A stretch of 64,000 bases of DNA. Origin: Methanobacteriota archaeon (GTDB lineage Archaea; Thermoplasmatota; Poseidoniia; Poseidoniales; Poseidoniaceae). Location of the stretch: positions 76,373 through 140,372 of the forward strand of contig JABJMO010000002.1 of assembly GCA_018659375.1 (NCBI GenBank), written 5' to 3'. Below the pieces are notes generated by a model that saw only the letters and a program-made list of their open reading frames with translations, ran no database searches and was not told the DNA's origin. Below, piece after piece: positions 1 to 10,411 of the stretch. Numbering within the stretch: the first letter of the stretch is position 1; every line of letters begins with the position of its first letter. Position numbers and translations under genes: made by a program.

Positions 1-204
1 ACAATATTTTTCATAGAGCAAGGTGATATATTGCTTGAAGATAATGGGTCTATAATTGCACAGTTAGTTTACAATATTTCTCATACAATAGTGTCCATTT
101 TTGCTTTAATCCTGGCATTTGGAATTGCCATAGGGATTTTATTTTCCTCATTAACTCACTCAAAATCAAAGATAAATGAAGGTAAATTATCGGAAGAAGA
201 GTAG
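1..204 (+). CDS. C-terminal fragment of an unidentified membrane protein (CDS continues upstream of the window)
   Basis: Frame 1 is open from base 1 to TAG 202-204. The tail ...HTIVSIFALILAFGIAIGILFSSLTH... is one hydrophobic helix followed by a charged end. No family recognised. Confidence 0.3.
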   Translation, partial: TIFFIEQGDILLEDNGSIIAQLVYNISHTIVSIFALILAFGIAIGILFSSLTHSKSKINEGKLSEEE

Positions 205-264
205 AATCATCCTCCGTTTATTTCATAAGGGATTGGTAGGTGGGCGAAACATCGAGGTGAGTTT

Positions 265-444
265 ATGTCAAAAGGTACACCATCCATGGGTCGACGTCAG
301 AAGACAACACACATCCGATGTAGAAGATGTGGCAGGAATGCTTACCACAAGCAAAAGAGTGTATGTGCATCTTGTGGATACGGCGCTACAGCAAAGATGA
401 GAAAGTTTAGCTGGTCTAAGAAAACTCACCGTCCTAAGGCTTGA
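265..444 (+). CDS. rpl37e: 50S ribosomal protein L37e (59 aa, zinc ribbon)
   Basis: ATG 265 lies 4 nt after GAGGTGA (254-260). It translates to [59 protein letters not shown], with the CxxC...CxxC and basic pattern of L37e. At under 60 aa it is absent from the ORF track. Confidence 0.9.
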   Translation: MSKGTPSMGRRQKTTHIRCRRCGRNAYHKQKSVCASCGYGATAKMRKFSWSKKTHRPKA

Positions 445-510
445 TTTAGCTATGTCAACATCCGACAATCTCTGCAAACAATCATTTGCTAACTGTTTAG
501 AGGCCTAACT

Positions 511-2049
511 GTGTGCGGTATTCTAGGTGTTGTTGGTCGTCAAGGCTTTCACATCAATCAATTACTATATGACGGATTGACTGTATTACAGCATAGAGGT
601 CAAGATGCTGCTGGGATAATGACCGAACATGATGGTCAATTTAGGCTTAGAAAATCAAATGGTCTTGTTTCAGACATATTTTACACTAGACATATGCAGA
701 GGCTGCAGGGTCACATCGGAATAGGTCATGTTAGGTATCCAACAGCAGGAAGTTCATCTAAAGCAGAATCGCAACCGTTCTATGTTAACTCACCATACGG
801 ACTATCGATTGCCCACAATGGTAATCTAACCAATGCTAGTGACTTACGTAAAATCTTGTCAAACAAATACCATAGGCACATGAATACCCAAAGTGATTCA
901 GAAATTTTGCTAAATATTCTTGCTGTTGAATTAACTAAGTATTCGTCAGATATTTCTATAGAAGGAGAGCCACACCTTGATATCGAGACTGTATTTAAAG
1001 CAATAAATGCGCTTAACACTTATGTTAAAGGCGGCTATGCTTGTGTCTCAATGATTTCTGGCTATGGTTTGTTGGCATTTAGAGATCCAAACGGAATTAG
1101 GCCGTTAGTTTATGGTAAAAGAGATACAGAAGAAGGCGTAGAATGGATTGTGGCAAGTGAATCAGTTGCAATAACAGCCCTAGGTTTCGAAGTAGTTTCT
1201 GATGTTAAGCCAGGTGAAGCGATATTCATTTCTTCATCGGGTCATCTATTTTCTAGAGTCTGTGCTAAAGAGACCAAGAGTAACCCATGTATTTTCGAAT
1301 ACGTTTACTTTGCACGACCCGACTCAGTGATAGATGGGATATCTGTTTACGAAGCTAGGTTAAATCAAGGCAAAATATTAGCCGAGAGAATATTATCAGA
1401 GTGGCCTGATCATGACATAGATGCGGTAATCCCTATTCCCGATTCAGGAAGAATCGCAGCTCTACAGATGGCTAGTAGTCTAAAAGTACCGTATAGGGAA
1501 GGGTTTGTCAAAAACCGATATATTGGTAGGACATTCATTATGCCTGGACAGTCCTTGAGAGAAAAGTCAGTTAGAAGAAAGTTAAATGCTATCGACGACG
1601 AGTTTAGAGGTAAAAATGTTCTATTAGTTGATGATTCTATTGTTCGTGGCACAACTAGTAAGCAAATTGTTGAAATGGCCAGGGAATCTGGTGCCTCGAA
1701 AGTTTATTTTGCTTCTGCAGCCCCTCCAGTAAGGTTTCCAAACGTATATGGTATAGATATGCCAGCAACATCAGAATTCATTGCTAATAATCGTACTATT
1801 GAAGAAATAAACGAACACATTGGAAGCGATAAACTATTTTACCAAACTTTAGAGGATTTAATAAAATCAACCAAACATTCCAGCAGGGCTGAAATTAAAT
1901 TTGATTCTAGTTGTTTTGACGGAGTTTATGTCACTGGTGATGTCACAGATGAATACTTACAATTGTTACACCAACAAAGAAATGACAATGCTAAGCAGAT
2001 GAATCAAGATGATGATCAAATACTTGATATCCATAATGACTCAAATTGA
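511..2049 (+). CDS. purF: amidophosphoribosyltransferase (glutamine PRPP amidotransferase)
   Basis: GTG start followed by the Ntn nucleophile Cys (MCGILGV). PRPP-binding loop [13 protein letters not shown]. Full-length PurF-like sequence. Confidence 0.93.
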   Translation: MCGILGVVGRQGFHINQLLYDGLTVLQHRGQDAAGIMTEHDGQFRLRKSNGLVSDIFYTRHMQRLQGHIGIGHVRYPTAGSSSKAESQPFYVNSPYGLSIAHNGNLTNASDLRKILSNKYHRHMNTQSDSEILLNILAVELTKYSSDISIEGEPHLDIETVFKAINALNTYVKGGYACVSMISGYGLLAFRDPNGIRPLVYGKRDTEEGVEWIVASESVAITALGFEVVSDVKPGEAIFISSSGHLFSRVCAKETKSNPCIFEYVYFARPDSVIDGISVYEARLNQGKILAERILSEWPDHDIDAVIPIPDSGRIAALQMASSLKVPYREGFVKNRYIGRTFIMPGQSLREKSVRRKLNAIDDEFRGKNVLLVDDSIVRGTTSKQIVEMARESGASKVYFASAAPPVRFPNVYGIDMPATSEFIANNRTIEEINEHIGSDKLFYQTLEDLIKSTKHSSRAEIKFDSSCFDGVYVTGDVTDEYLQLLHQQRNDNAKQMNQDDDQILDIHNDSN

Positions 2050-2115
2050 TGTTTCTAACAGATAAAATAAACATCGCGTAGAGAACTTAATGATACTAAG
2101 CGAAATGGATTATTC

Positions 2116-3687
2116 ATGCTTACCTATGAGGCGTCAATAACTTTCGCACCTCATTCGACTGTCACCGGCTTAGATTTGTCACCTGACGGTCAAACAATTG
2201 CCTGGTCTGAGACCGATGGCTCGGTTAGTATTTATCAAGGGATGGAAAAAGTATGCCAAATAAAATCCGAGGGTTTAGTTACAGGTATGGCTTTTCATCA
2301 AGAACATTTGATTGTATCCGATGACGCTTTCGGGATTAAAAGTTATGATTTAAACGCTAATGAATTGTGGAGACGGGAAGTTCCGGGTGGAGTTTCTATG
2401 TTCAAAACAACTAACACTTTCATTGCTATTGTTGACAACCTTGGAAGACTTGTAATTTCAGACTTACAAGGTAATTTAATTAACTCTAATTTACCCTATT
2501 CTTCTATTTGTAAACTTGAAAATTATGTTCAGGGAATAACAATTGTCCAGGAGGATGGAGGCGTCTATTGTTATAATGGTAATCAAAATACTTGGATAAG
2601 ACCGAAGCGTGGTGAAGTTGGCGAATCAATAACAGCATTGGGGTTTAGCCACGATGGAAATCTAATAATCGGGCGAGAAGGATATGCACTGGTTCCAGGT
2701 GATGAAGAAGCTTTAGAATTAGAAATATGGGATACTTCCACTAACAGGCTAATCACAAGATTGGATTTGAATAATAGATTAATGAAAGTGGTATCGGTTA
2801 ATAGCCAGACTGTAATAGGTCTAGATGATGGTTCAGTATATCTGATTGAGGGGCAAATAGGTGAAGGCTTCACATTAAAAGAACCAATAATGGAATGTAA
2901 ATATCCAATTAAAACACTATCCATCTGTGATAAATCAATAGTTGCAGGTTCATGGTTTTACATTCATGGACTAACTCAAGACGGCAAAACATGGACCGTG
3001 GAACACCAAGGTATTGTGCAGCATTCAGTTTATTCTAGCAAAACTAATTGTTTATATTTTGCTGGTGATGATCAAAATGACTTCACTGATAGCGAACCGA
3101 TTGGGTGTCTAGATTTCGATAAGGAATTAATAAAAGTTGACAAGTCTGAATTAACATTATGGTTTGAGCAAAAGGAAGTAACTACCCAATTAAGCGCTGA
3201 ACAAATCTATTCCGATGATACCAAGATGACAGAACTAATTAGTCTTGATAGTAGCATTAAAAATAAAGATTTAGGCGCTAAAGATGAAGAATTTACCAAT
3301 TTGTTAGATGCATTAGGGGACATTATTGAAAATAATAATTACTCTGAAAAAATATCAAATGACTCAGAATTAGATGATGATTCTCTTTTGGGTGAATTAT
3401 TAGATGATGTCATAAAAAACAAGCCTCTAATTGCGAATGCTGGTAATGATATGACTTATCATTCCGGAGATGATGATTTCGCAGTAATAATTCTTGATGG
3501 TACAGCCACCATGAACCAGCAAGGAAAAATAATCAAATGGTCTTGGACAGATGATACTGGAAGAGAAATTTCAACACTTACAAAATTTAGGGCCAAACTT
3601 AGTGTCGGAATGTATCGTTTTGAATTAAGAGTTAGTGATTTAGAAGGTAAATCAACCGCCGACTCTGTGCAAATTGAGGTGGTTTAA
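2116..3687 (+). CDS. beta-propeller (WD40/PQQ-like) repeat protein with acidic linker and C-terminal PKD-like domain
   Basis: Repeated ...DG.V..Y/W... blade-like segments. D/E-rich linker (SELDDDSLLGELLDD). C-terminal NAGND...LDGT...WSW.D..G....F...L..G.Y.F.L.V.D..G.S..D.V.I.V matches the PKD pattern. Confidence 0.6.
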   Translation: MLTYEASITFAPHSTVTGLDLSPDGQTIAWSETDGSVSIYQGMEKVCQIKSEGLVTGMAFHQEHLIVSDDAFGIKSYDLNANELWRREVPGGVSMFKTTNTFIAIVDNLGRLVISDLQGNLINSNLPYSSICKLENYVQGITIVQEDGGVYCYNGNQNTWIRPKRGEVGESITALGFSHDGNLIIGREGYALVPGDEEALELEIWDTSTNRLITRLDLNNRLMKVVSVNSQTVIGLDDGSVYLIEGQIGEGFTLKEPIMECKYPIKTLSICDKSIVAGSWFYIHGLTQDGKTWTVEHQGIVQHSVYSSKTNCLYFAGDDQNDFTDSEPIGCLDFDKELIKVDKSELTLWFEQKEVTTQLSAEQIYSDDTKMTELISLDSSIKNKDLGAKDEEFTNLLDALGDIIENNNYSEKISNDSELDDDSLLGELLDDVIKNKPLIANAGNDMTYHSGDDDFAVIILDGTATMNQQGKIIKWSWTDDTGREISTLTKFRAKLSVGMYRFELRVSDLEGKSTADSVQIEVV

Positions 3688-4443
3688 TTGCTAAATAATG
3701 ATTTGTGGGTCGAGTCGTTCATTGTTGGCGCTTTAGCAATGCGATGTTCTGTTGTAACTGACTTGAAAACAGGAGATACCGTAATAATTGACGGGGGTTC
3801 TGAAACTCAAAGAATAATATCTTGGATTGAAGATTTCTCTGGCCAAGGGCCGGATTGGTTTAAGGGTCCAAGTAGTTTTGATACTATGAACTCTTTTGGA
3901 CTATCCAGAAGAAAAGTAATTGCATTGGTAAATACACATGCGCATTTTGACCATTCAGGGGAGATACCATATTTGCTTGAAAGGTATGATGTAAGTTGGT
4001 ACTTACATCCTGAAGACGATTACTTGCAGTCATTAGCCCAAAAATCAGCTCAGCGTTGGGGATTTAATTTGCCAACACCAGCGATAGCAGATAAGCAACT
4101 TGAAGATAATATGACATTAGAACTTGGTTCCCTTAAATTTGAGATATATCATACTCCTGGACACACACTTGGGGGTTGTTGTATCGAAGTTGAGGTTGAA
4201 GATGGTGCTAATCACTTGTTTGCTGGAGATACGCTATTTGCTGGGTCTGTTGGAAGAACAGATTTACCATTTTCAGGTGGAGATTTCAATTTACTATCTC
4301 ATTCAGTCATTACTAAATTATGGCCTTTGGAAGGCGATACAGTAGTTCATCCGGGGCATGGTCCAATGACAACTATCGGCGTAGAGAAATCAACAAACCC
4401 ATTTGTTGGTGTACAAAGTGCAGCATTTGCAGAGTTTAATTAA
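3688..4443 (+). CDS. MBL-fold metallo-hydrolase (glyoxalase II-like)
   Basis: HAHFDHSG (HxHxDH) and HTPGHT motifs. TTG start immediately after the upstream stop. Confidence 0.85.
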   Translation: MLNNDLWVESFIVGALAMRCSVVTDLKTGDTVIIDGGSETQRIISWIEDFSGQGPDWFKGPSSFDTMNSFGLSRRKVIALVNTHAHFDHSGEIPYLLERYDVSWYLHPEDDYLQSLAQKSAQRWGFNLPTPAIADKQLEDNMTLELGSLKFEIYHTPGHTLGGCCIEVEVEDGANHLFAGDTLFAGSVGRTDLPFSGGDFNLLSHSVITKLWPLEGDTVVHPGHGPMTTIGVEKSTNPFVGVQSAAFAEFN

Positions 4444-4445
4444 AT

Positions 4446-5378
4446 TCATGAAAGCATGTTGGAGAGGGCACTGCTCAAAACCGGTAATGCCTCTTCCCAA
4501 GTTGAAACTATTCCATAATCTGCATATTGGAAAATAGGTGCATCAGCATCTTTGTTAATTGCTACAATATACTTCGATGATCGCATTCCGGCAAGATGTT
4601 GAATTGCTCCAGATATACCAACTGCGATGTATAGATTTGGATTAACAGTCTTTCCAGTTTGTCCAACTTGCATGGAATGAGGGATATCATCCCAAGTATC
4701 AACAGCAGCTCTTGAAGCACCAACAGCAGCTCCTAAAGTATCTGCAATTGCCTCTAGATGGGAGAAATTATCTGGTGACCCCATCCCTCTTCCCCCAGAA
4801 ATAATGATATTTGCTTCAGATACGTCTAACCTAGCGGAAGCTCTCTCGACTAATTCTTTTACTGCAGTAGATAAATCTCCTGAAGCGTCAATGACTTGTA
4901 TTTCACAAGAACCATCGTTACTTACTCCCGCAAATACGTTTGGTCGGATGCTTACTACAACATTGCCATTTATTGCGACATTTTCGATAGCTTTACCGGA
5001 ATATATTGGAGTAGACAAGGTGGTTCCAACGATGGAGATTACATCTTGAACCACTGAAACATTTCTTCTTGCGGCAATTCTTGCTGCTAAATCTTTTGAT
5101 TGTGCTGAGGCAGCAGTGACTATTATTCCTTGCGGAGCGACAGAATCCAATGCTTGTGCCCAACCTGATGCATCATAATTAGTAAAAACTGATGATTTGG
5201 CCGCAATTATTTTGCTTACCCCTGAAATATTACTTACTTGGTCTGCTAAACTTGAATCTGTACAAGGTATCACGAGTGTGCAATCTGACCCCAAAATGTT
5301 AGCTGCACTAATTAGTTCATTTGTTGTCGGGCTTACTTTTCCTTTGTTAATTTCTGCTATAACTACTGTTTCTGTCAT
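4446..5378 (-). CDS. etfA: electron transfer flavoprotein alpha subunit
   Basis: C-terminal FAD-binding signature YIAVGISGAIQHLAGM. Lies 9 nt downstream of etfB on the same strand. Confidence 0.9.
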   Translation of the reverse strand: MTETVVIAEINKGKVSPTTNELISAANILGSDCTLVIPCTDSSLADQVSNISGVSKIIAAKSSVFTNYDASGWAQALDSVAPQGIIVTAASAQSKDLAARIAARRNVSVVQDVISIVGTTLSTPIYSGKAIENVAINGNVVVSIRPNVFAGVSNDGSCEIQVIDASGDLSTAVKELVERASARLDVSEANIIISGGRGMGSPDNFSHLEAIADTLGAAVGASRAAVDTWDDIPHSMQVGQTGKTVNPNLYIAVGISGAIQHLAGMRSSKYIVAINKDADAPIFQYADYGIVSTWEEALPVLSSALSNMLS

Positions 5379-5387
5379 AATTTCACC

Positions 5388-6125
5388 TCAAATAATATTT
5401 GCTTCTTCTCTAAGTAATTGAACAACAGTTTCAGCTGATTGTCCACCTTCGAACTTCTTACCAGCTGGTTTTTCAGCAGGCATAGTTTGAGAAACAACTG
5501 TAACATTGGAAGGATTTGGATTGACACTTTTGACATCTACTTGCGCTCTTTTTGCCATCATAATACCTTTGACGTTTGGCTTTCTCACCTTTATGGATCC
5601 TTTGTCACAACTCACAACAAGTGGTGCTGAGACATTGATGATTGCGTTACCACCTTCTGCAGGGACAGTCACAGTCATACCATCAGTAAATTGGATATCT
5701 GTTACGTTTGATACCGATGCCCACCCTAATTTTTCAGCAACACCTGGACCAGTTGAACCAGACCCAGTGTCTGCCGAGGATTTGCCGCAGTATACAACTT
5801 CATATCCATCTTGTGAGATTACTCCAGAAATAACTGTCTGAAAGGCATTTGAATCCATATACTCTGTACAGTCTAGGCGAACAATTTCATCAACTCCGAT
5901 TGCTTTTGCATCTTTCAAAACTTTATCAGCAGAGTTTCCTCCAACTGTGATGGCGGTTACAGTACCCCCAACAGCCTCTTTGTGTAAGAGGGCGTTTTCT
6001 ACTGCAAATTCATCAAATGGACTCATGACCATCTTGACACTTGATAAATCGACTCTGTCGTTAGAAATTTGTATTTTTGAATTTGTATCCGGTACCTGCT
6101 TAACGAGTACTGCTATTTTCACCAT
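5388..6125 (-). CDS. etfB: electron transfer flavoprotein beta subunit
   Basis: MVKIAVLVKQVPD N-terminus typical of ETF-beta. The start is placed at ATG 6125 (GGTGAT just upstream) rather than the longer ORF-track start at 6158. Confidence 0.9.
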   Translation of the reverse strand: MVKIAVLVKQVPDTNSKIQISNDRVDLSSVKMVMSPFDEFAVENALLHKEAVGGTVTAITVGGNSADKVLKDAKAIGVDEIVRLDCTEYMDSNAFQTVISGVISQDGYEVVYCGKSSADTGSGSTGPGVAEKLGWASVSNVTDIQFTDGMTVTVPAEGGNAIINVSAPLVVSCDKGSIKVRKPNVKGIMMAKRAQVDVKSVNPNPSNVTVVSQTMPAEKPAGKKFEGGQSAETVVQLLREEANII

Positions 6126-6216
6126 AGTATCACCAATGAACATTCCTGTAGGATTCAATTGATGAACATTTGTATCGGCAGATTTTTGGATTTAGTAAAA
6201 AGAAACTAACTTCCGA

Positions 6217-7368
6217 TTACTTTCTTTGAATTATTTCATTGACCCTTTCCAATAAATCAGGCTTTTCCGCAAAGTGTTTAGCAACAGTGGTTAAACCTCG
6301 TGATATTCCGTCTGCGACGCCTAATTTAGCGTCTAAGGGGTGTAATTCTCCAGATTTCACAGCACTCTTGAATTCTTCTAGAGTTTGCCATGTAGAAGGT
6401 TGACCAAATTTAGGATTTGGTGTCACTAATATCTCTCCAAATTCAGGTAGCACTATATGCTCAGCCAGTTCATATATTGGGGAATTCTCGTCTTCAGGAT
6501 TTAAGTAAGCATGCTTCTGCATTTTCTTTTTTAGTGATTTAGCATTGTCATGGATCAGTATCGCTCCATTTGGATCTGATTTGCTCATTTTATGGTCAAA
6601 ACTTTCCATTCTTGAACCACTTGATTTCAATGAAGAGATAATCGGCGTATGAAGGCAAGTTGCCTTTTTCCAGCCGTATTTACTCGCAACGTCTCTCATA
6701 AACATATGTGCTTTTCTTTGGTCCATCCCACCGATGGCAATGTCAATTTCTAATTCAAAAATATCACTGGCTTGCATTGCGGGGTAGAAGAACTTCGATA
6801 AATCGTGGTCAGATGAAACTTCATCTCGGCCCATTATGGTAAATGTCTTTCTTACCATCGCTAGGGTTGCTCCTTTGGAACATCTTAAAACGCGTGCCCA
6901 ATAATCGCCAGAATTCATTAGCGTAGAAGCCCAACTAAATCTTAGTTCTCCTGGACCATCACCTTCTGGCGGATAATCTAGCAACGCTCTGAAAGTTTCT
7001 TCCATATAATTAGCAGTCAATTGAATGTCTGCCATATTGCCGTTGAATTTGTCATTTATCCACGCATGCCAATCAGCTAGAAAGATTAATACGTTTACGT
7101 CTGCATCGAGCATTCTTTTCAGCTGCAGTGATAGTACCTTCCAACCAATGTGTGCTTTTCCTGATGGTTCAAATCCAACATAACACCTGATAATGCCATC
7201 ACCAGCGGTGCTAGTATTATCAGCGATACAATCTACTAAGTGATCTAACCCTACAGTCTCTTCGACAGAACCAACTATCTTGTGAACTCTGGAGATTTGT
7301 TCACTGCTTAACTCTGTTAGCCTTGGGCACTTTTCTTGATATTGAATCATCATTTGTTCAATATCCAT
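6217..7368 (-). CDS. tyrS: tyrosyl-tRNA synthetase, archaeal/eukaryotic type
   Basis: GFEPSGKAHIGW (HIGH region), KMSKS, GGMDQRKAHM and ELHPLD blocks are colinear with M. jannaschii TyrRS. Confidence 0.88.
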   Translation of the reverse strand: MDIEQMMIQYQEKCPRLTELSSEQISRVHKIVGSVEETVGLDHLVDCIADNTSTAGDGIIRCYVGFEPSGKAHIGWKVLSLQLKRMLDADVNVLIFLADWHAWINDKFNGNMADIQLTANYMEETFRALLDYPPEGDGPGELRFSWASTLMNSGDYWARVLRCSKGATLAMVRKTFTIMGRDEVSSDHDLSKFFYPAMQASDIFELEIDIAIGGMDQRKAHMFMRDVASKYGWKKATCLHTPIISSLKSSGSRMESFDHKMSKSDPNGAILIHDNAKSLKKKMQKHAYLNPEDENSPIYELAEHIVLPEFGEILVTPNPKFGQPSTWQTLEEFKSAVKSGELHPLDAKLGVADGISRGLTTVAKHFAEKPDLLERVNEIIQRK

Positions 7369-7378
7369 AATTTACACC

Positions 7379-7939
7379 TCAAAACAAGTCATTGAGTTTC
7401 TTTACTTTACCTTCTGAAGGAGCATCGCCAGCTTCAATCATCGACTCAAGTTCTGCAATCATGCCAAGGGCCTTGTCTCTCAATTCATCAGTAAGTTTTG
7501 AACTCATTTCCATTGATTTGTGAGCCATCTTAATAGCGCCTTTAGCCTTGGAGAATTTCTTTGCTTCTTCTTTTGCCTTATCGCCTCTTTGTTTAGCATT
7601 ATAACCAGTAGCTTCGTCTAAAAAACCAGACCATCTTTTCCTTGACTGCATGGCCTTTTCCCGGCCTCCATCGGAAGCAAGGAATTCACTTAGTGAGTCA
7701 CCTTTCAGTTGGTCTACATCCATGGATAATTTCCCGTCTTCACTGTAATTGCCGCTAACCATGCTTAAAATACCAAAAGATGCGGTAAATATCCCTTCAG
7801 CATTTGCTGAAACATCATCGAAATATTGGGTCGCTAACTTTGCAAGACCTGCATTTCCACCCATTTGTTTAACCAATCCACGCTTAACAGAAAATTTCTC
7901 CATGTTGCAAGGCAAAACACCATTGAACATAAGGCTCAC
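7379..7939 (-). CDS. hypothetical soluble protein (K/E-rich helical C-terminus)
   Basis: Long ORF between well-supported genes. No family recognised. The true start may be Met13 (7903). Confidence 0.5.
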   Translation of the reverse strand: MSLMFNGVLPCNMEKFSVKRGLVKQMGGNAGLAKLATQYFDDVSANAEGIFTASFGILSMVSGNYSEDGKLSMDVDQLKGDSLSEFLASDGGREKAMQSRKRWSGFLDEATGYNAKQRGDKAKEEAKKFSKAKGAIKMAHKSMEMSSKLTDELRDKALGMIAELESMIEAGDAPSEGKVKKLNDLF

Positions 7940-7966
7940 CGTTGAAACTCTTCAAAGCGAAATATT

Positions 7967-9187
7967 TTGATTGAGCAGTTTATGGAACAAATTATGCGAG
8001 TTAGAAGTACAATGTGCATATTCATGCTTTTGATTCTATTAATGCCAACTATTCTGGCCGAAGATAATAATGTGGAATTGACATTAGAATCATCAATAAC
8101 TGATGAGGATGCGGGTATTACTAGCGCCGAGGTATCACCAAATCAAAAAACTGTGCTTATGGTAGGGCTTGACGGATTTGTTCATTTAATCTCAGCAAAA
8201 AATCCTGGGGACAGAACTTTAGACATTGAACTTAATAGCGGAAGACAGAATAATTTCAATGACGTTGCCTGGCATCCAAGGGGAGAAGCAGCATTGATTG
8301 CCGGAGATTTGGGAACGGCAATGAGGTATGAAAAAGTCGACCATGGTATTACTGTTGTTAATGGCACTGGAGCGGTTCTAGGCAGAAATCTAACTTCTGT
8401 TGATTGGCGTAGTGCTGGAGATTACTCTTACTTTGGAGCAGAAGATGGTTCTTTGTGGCGATTCTCCGAAGGAACAGGCTTTGTGCTTGTAGATACTGTA
8501 AATTCAGAAATAACAGGTATCTCTTGTCACAAAAATCATGACATATGTGTCGTTTCAACTCTTGCAGATGGTTTGGGGGTCATTGGACAAACTCATAATA
8601 TTTCATGGTTAAGCGGGACTAAAACTGATACTTGGGTAGATGTAGATTGCCCAGATTCACAACTAAATGAATGTGTAGCATATGGCAGCGGATTAAGATT
8701 AATTCCAATTTTACTGAACACAATAGATCATTCTAAATCCGATACAGGGGAACTGGTACAATATCCAAGCCTCACTGGTGATTTCATTGCGACTTCTTCT
8801 GGTTATGGTAGTACTTCAATGATTCAAATTGCCCCATTTGCAACTGTGAGATATGACTCGTTGGAAAATATTGCAAAGGTGCAAATCTCCTCTGAACAAA
8901 TGCTTGAATGGGATTCTGTTATCGCTGGCCGTCAGATTGCCTATGTCTGGGAGACAGGTTTTGATGACGGATTTATTCTCACAACCAATGGAAATGTAAT
9001 TTCTTTTGAACCAATGCTTGTTGAAATTGACAATACTATATTGACAACAATAATTCTAATTGCAGTTACTGTTTCAGTGCCAGGTGTTATACTTGGATTA
9101 ATCTACATGAGTAGTCCATCCCTGCAAAAAAAATATCTTAGTTTTAGACGGAAAAGTCGCAAGAAGAAATCTAATAAAAATAGTTAG
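7967..9187 (+). CDS. secreted beta-propeller-like protein with C-terminal TM anchor and basic tail
   Basis: N-terminal hydrophobic signal (CIFMLLILLMPTILA), repeated G..G...R/W blade-like motifs, C-terminal TM helix followed by RRKSRKKKSNKN. The start is uncertain (TTG 7967 or ATG 7982). Confidence 0.55.
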   Translation: MIEQFMEQIMRVRSTMCIFMLLILLMPTILAEDNNVELTLESSITDEDAGITSAEVSPNQKTVLMVGLDGFVHLISAKNPGDRTLDIELNSGRQNNFNDVAWHPRGEAALIAGDLGTAMRYEKVDHGITVVNGTGAVLGRNLTSVDWRSAGDYSYFGAEDGSLWRFSEGTGFVLVDTVNSEITGISCHKNHDICVVSTLADGLGVIGQTHNISWLSGTKTDTWVDVDCPDSQLNECVAYGSGLRLIPILLNTIDHSKSDTGELVQYPSLTGDFIATSSGYGSTSMIQIAPFATVRYDSLENIAKVQISSEQMLEWDSVIAGRQIAYVWETGFDDGFILTTNGNVISFEPMLVEIDNTILTTIILIAVTVSVPGVILGLIYMSSPSLQKKYLSFRRKSRKKKSNKNS

Positions 9188-9229
9188 GTTCTAAAAGCGC
9201 CTGTGGTAGGGACAGATTGGGGAGAACAT

Positions 9230-10405
9230 ATGGAACCATTTGAAGGTCTAGATTTCTACGACATAGAGAGTTTACTTACTGAAGAAGAAATAATGGTTCG
9301 GGACATGGTCAGAGCATGGGTTGATGAGGAAGTAATTCCAAACATCGAACATGCATGCGAAAAAGGCATATTTCCAGATGAATGGCGTGTTGCGCTAGGA
9401 GAAATGGGGGTATTAGGTGCGCCGCTTAAAGGCTACGGCTGCCCAGGATTATCATATGTTGCCTACGGTTTGATTTGTCAAGAACTGGAACGTGGAGATT
9501 CAGGTCTTCGCTCATTTGCCTCAGTCCAAGGGTCCCTTGCCATGTATCCAATTTGGGATTTTGGTAGCGAAGAACAAAAAAATCACTATCTGCCAAAGAT
9601 GGCCTCGGGTGAAATGATTGGTTGTTTCGGTCTTACTGAACCAGATTATGGTTCCAATCCTGGAGATATGATTACTAAAGCTGAAGATAAGGGTGACCAT
9701 TACCTCATCAATGGTGCAAAAATGTGGATTACCAATGGTACAATTGCCGATGTGGCTGTTGTCTGGGCTAAATTAGATGGCGTCATTAAAGGATTCATTG
9801 TCGAAAAAGGTGATGAAGGTTTTACCGCTCCTGAAATGAAAGGAAAACATTCGCTAAAGGCTTCAGTAACCAGCGAATTAGTATTTCAAGATTGCAAAAT
9901 ACCGAAAGATCGACTTCTCCCTGGAGTGAAGGGTCTTAGGGGTCCATTTTCTTGCCTCAACAATGCAAGGTTTGGAATCTCTTGGGGTGCTTTAGGTGCT
10001 GCAATGGCTTGTTTCCACAGTGCCAAGACATATTCTTTGTCAAGAATACAGTTCGATATTCCAATTGCTTCGTATCAATTGGTTCAAAACAAGTTAGCCT
10101 GGATGCTTAGAGAGATCACTAAAGGTCAATTATTGGCTTACCATCTTGGTAAGAAAAAGGATGATGGAACATGGTTTAATGAACAAATTTCGTTGGCGAA
10201 AATGAACAATGTCGACATTGCACTTGAGATTGCCAGAGTCGCAAGAGATATCCACGGAGCGAATGGAATCCTAGATGAGTATCCTGTTATGAGACACATG
10301 GCAAATCTAGAGTCTGTTAAAACATACGAGGGTACTCATGATATACACAACCTAATCATTGGTAGATATATCACTGGAATTCAAGCGTTTACCAGACAAG
10401 TTTGA
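9230..10405 (+). CDS. gcdH: glutaryl-CoA dehydrogenase (acyl-CoA dehydrogenase family)
   Basis: Colinear with human GCDH over the whole length (GVLG..KGYGC.G.S.VAYGL...ELERGDSG, GCFGLTEP, YEGTHDIH.LI.GR.ITGIQAFT). ATG 9230 has a GGGGAG element upstream. Confidence 0.9.
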   Translation: MEPFEGLDFYDIESLLTEEEIMVRDMVRAWVDEEVIPNIEHACEKGIFPDEWRVALGEMGVLGAPLKGYGCPGLSYVAYGLICQELERGDSGLRSFASVQGSLAMYPIWDFGSEEQKNHYLPKMASGEMIGCFGLTEPDYGSNPGDMITKAEDKGDHYLINGAKMWITNGTIADVAVVWAKLDGVIKGFIVEKGDEGFTAPEMKGKHSLKASVTSELVFQDCKIPKDRLLPGVKGLRGPFSCLNNARFGISWGALGAAMACFHSAKTYSLSRIQFDIPIASYQLVQNKLAWMLREITKGQLLAYHLGKKKDDGTWFNEQISLAKMNNVDIALEIARVARDIHGANGILDEYPVMRHMANLESVKTYEGTHDIHNLIIGRYITGIQAFTRQV

Positions 10406-10411
10406 AATTAA

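Noticed and set aside
176-477. Track ORFs 176-400(+) and 268-477(-)
   Set aside because: Both overlap the L37e reading frame (265-444), which has a strong Shine-Dalgarno element and an unmistakable r-protein sequence. Neither alternative has recognisable features.
5388-6158. Longer ORF-track N-termini for etfB (6158), sucC (21456), the TPR protein (26540), rpl23 (60821), rpl22 (62318), rps3 (62895), the HdrB-like protein (55143) and others
   Set aside because: In each case an internal ATG coincides with the conserved family N-terminus or is preceded by a GAGGTGA-type Shine-Dalgarno element. The extension also overlaps the upstream gene or its stop-SD junction.
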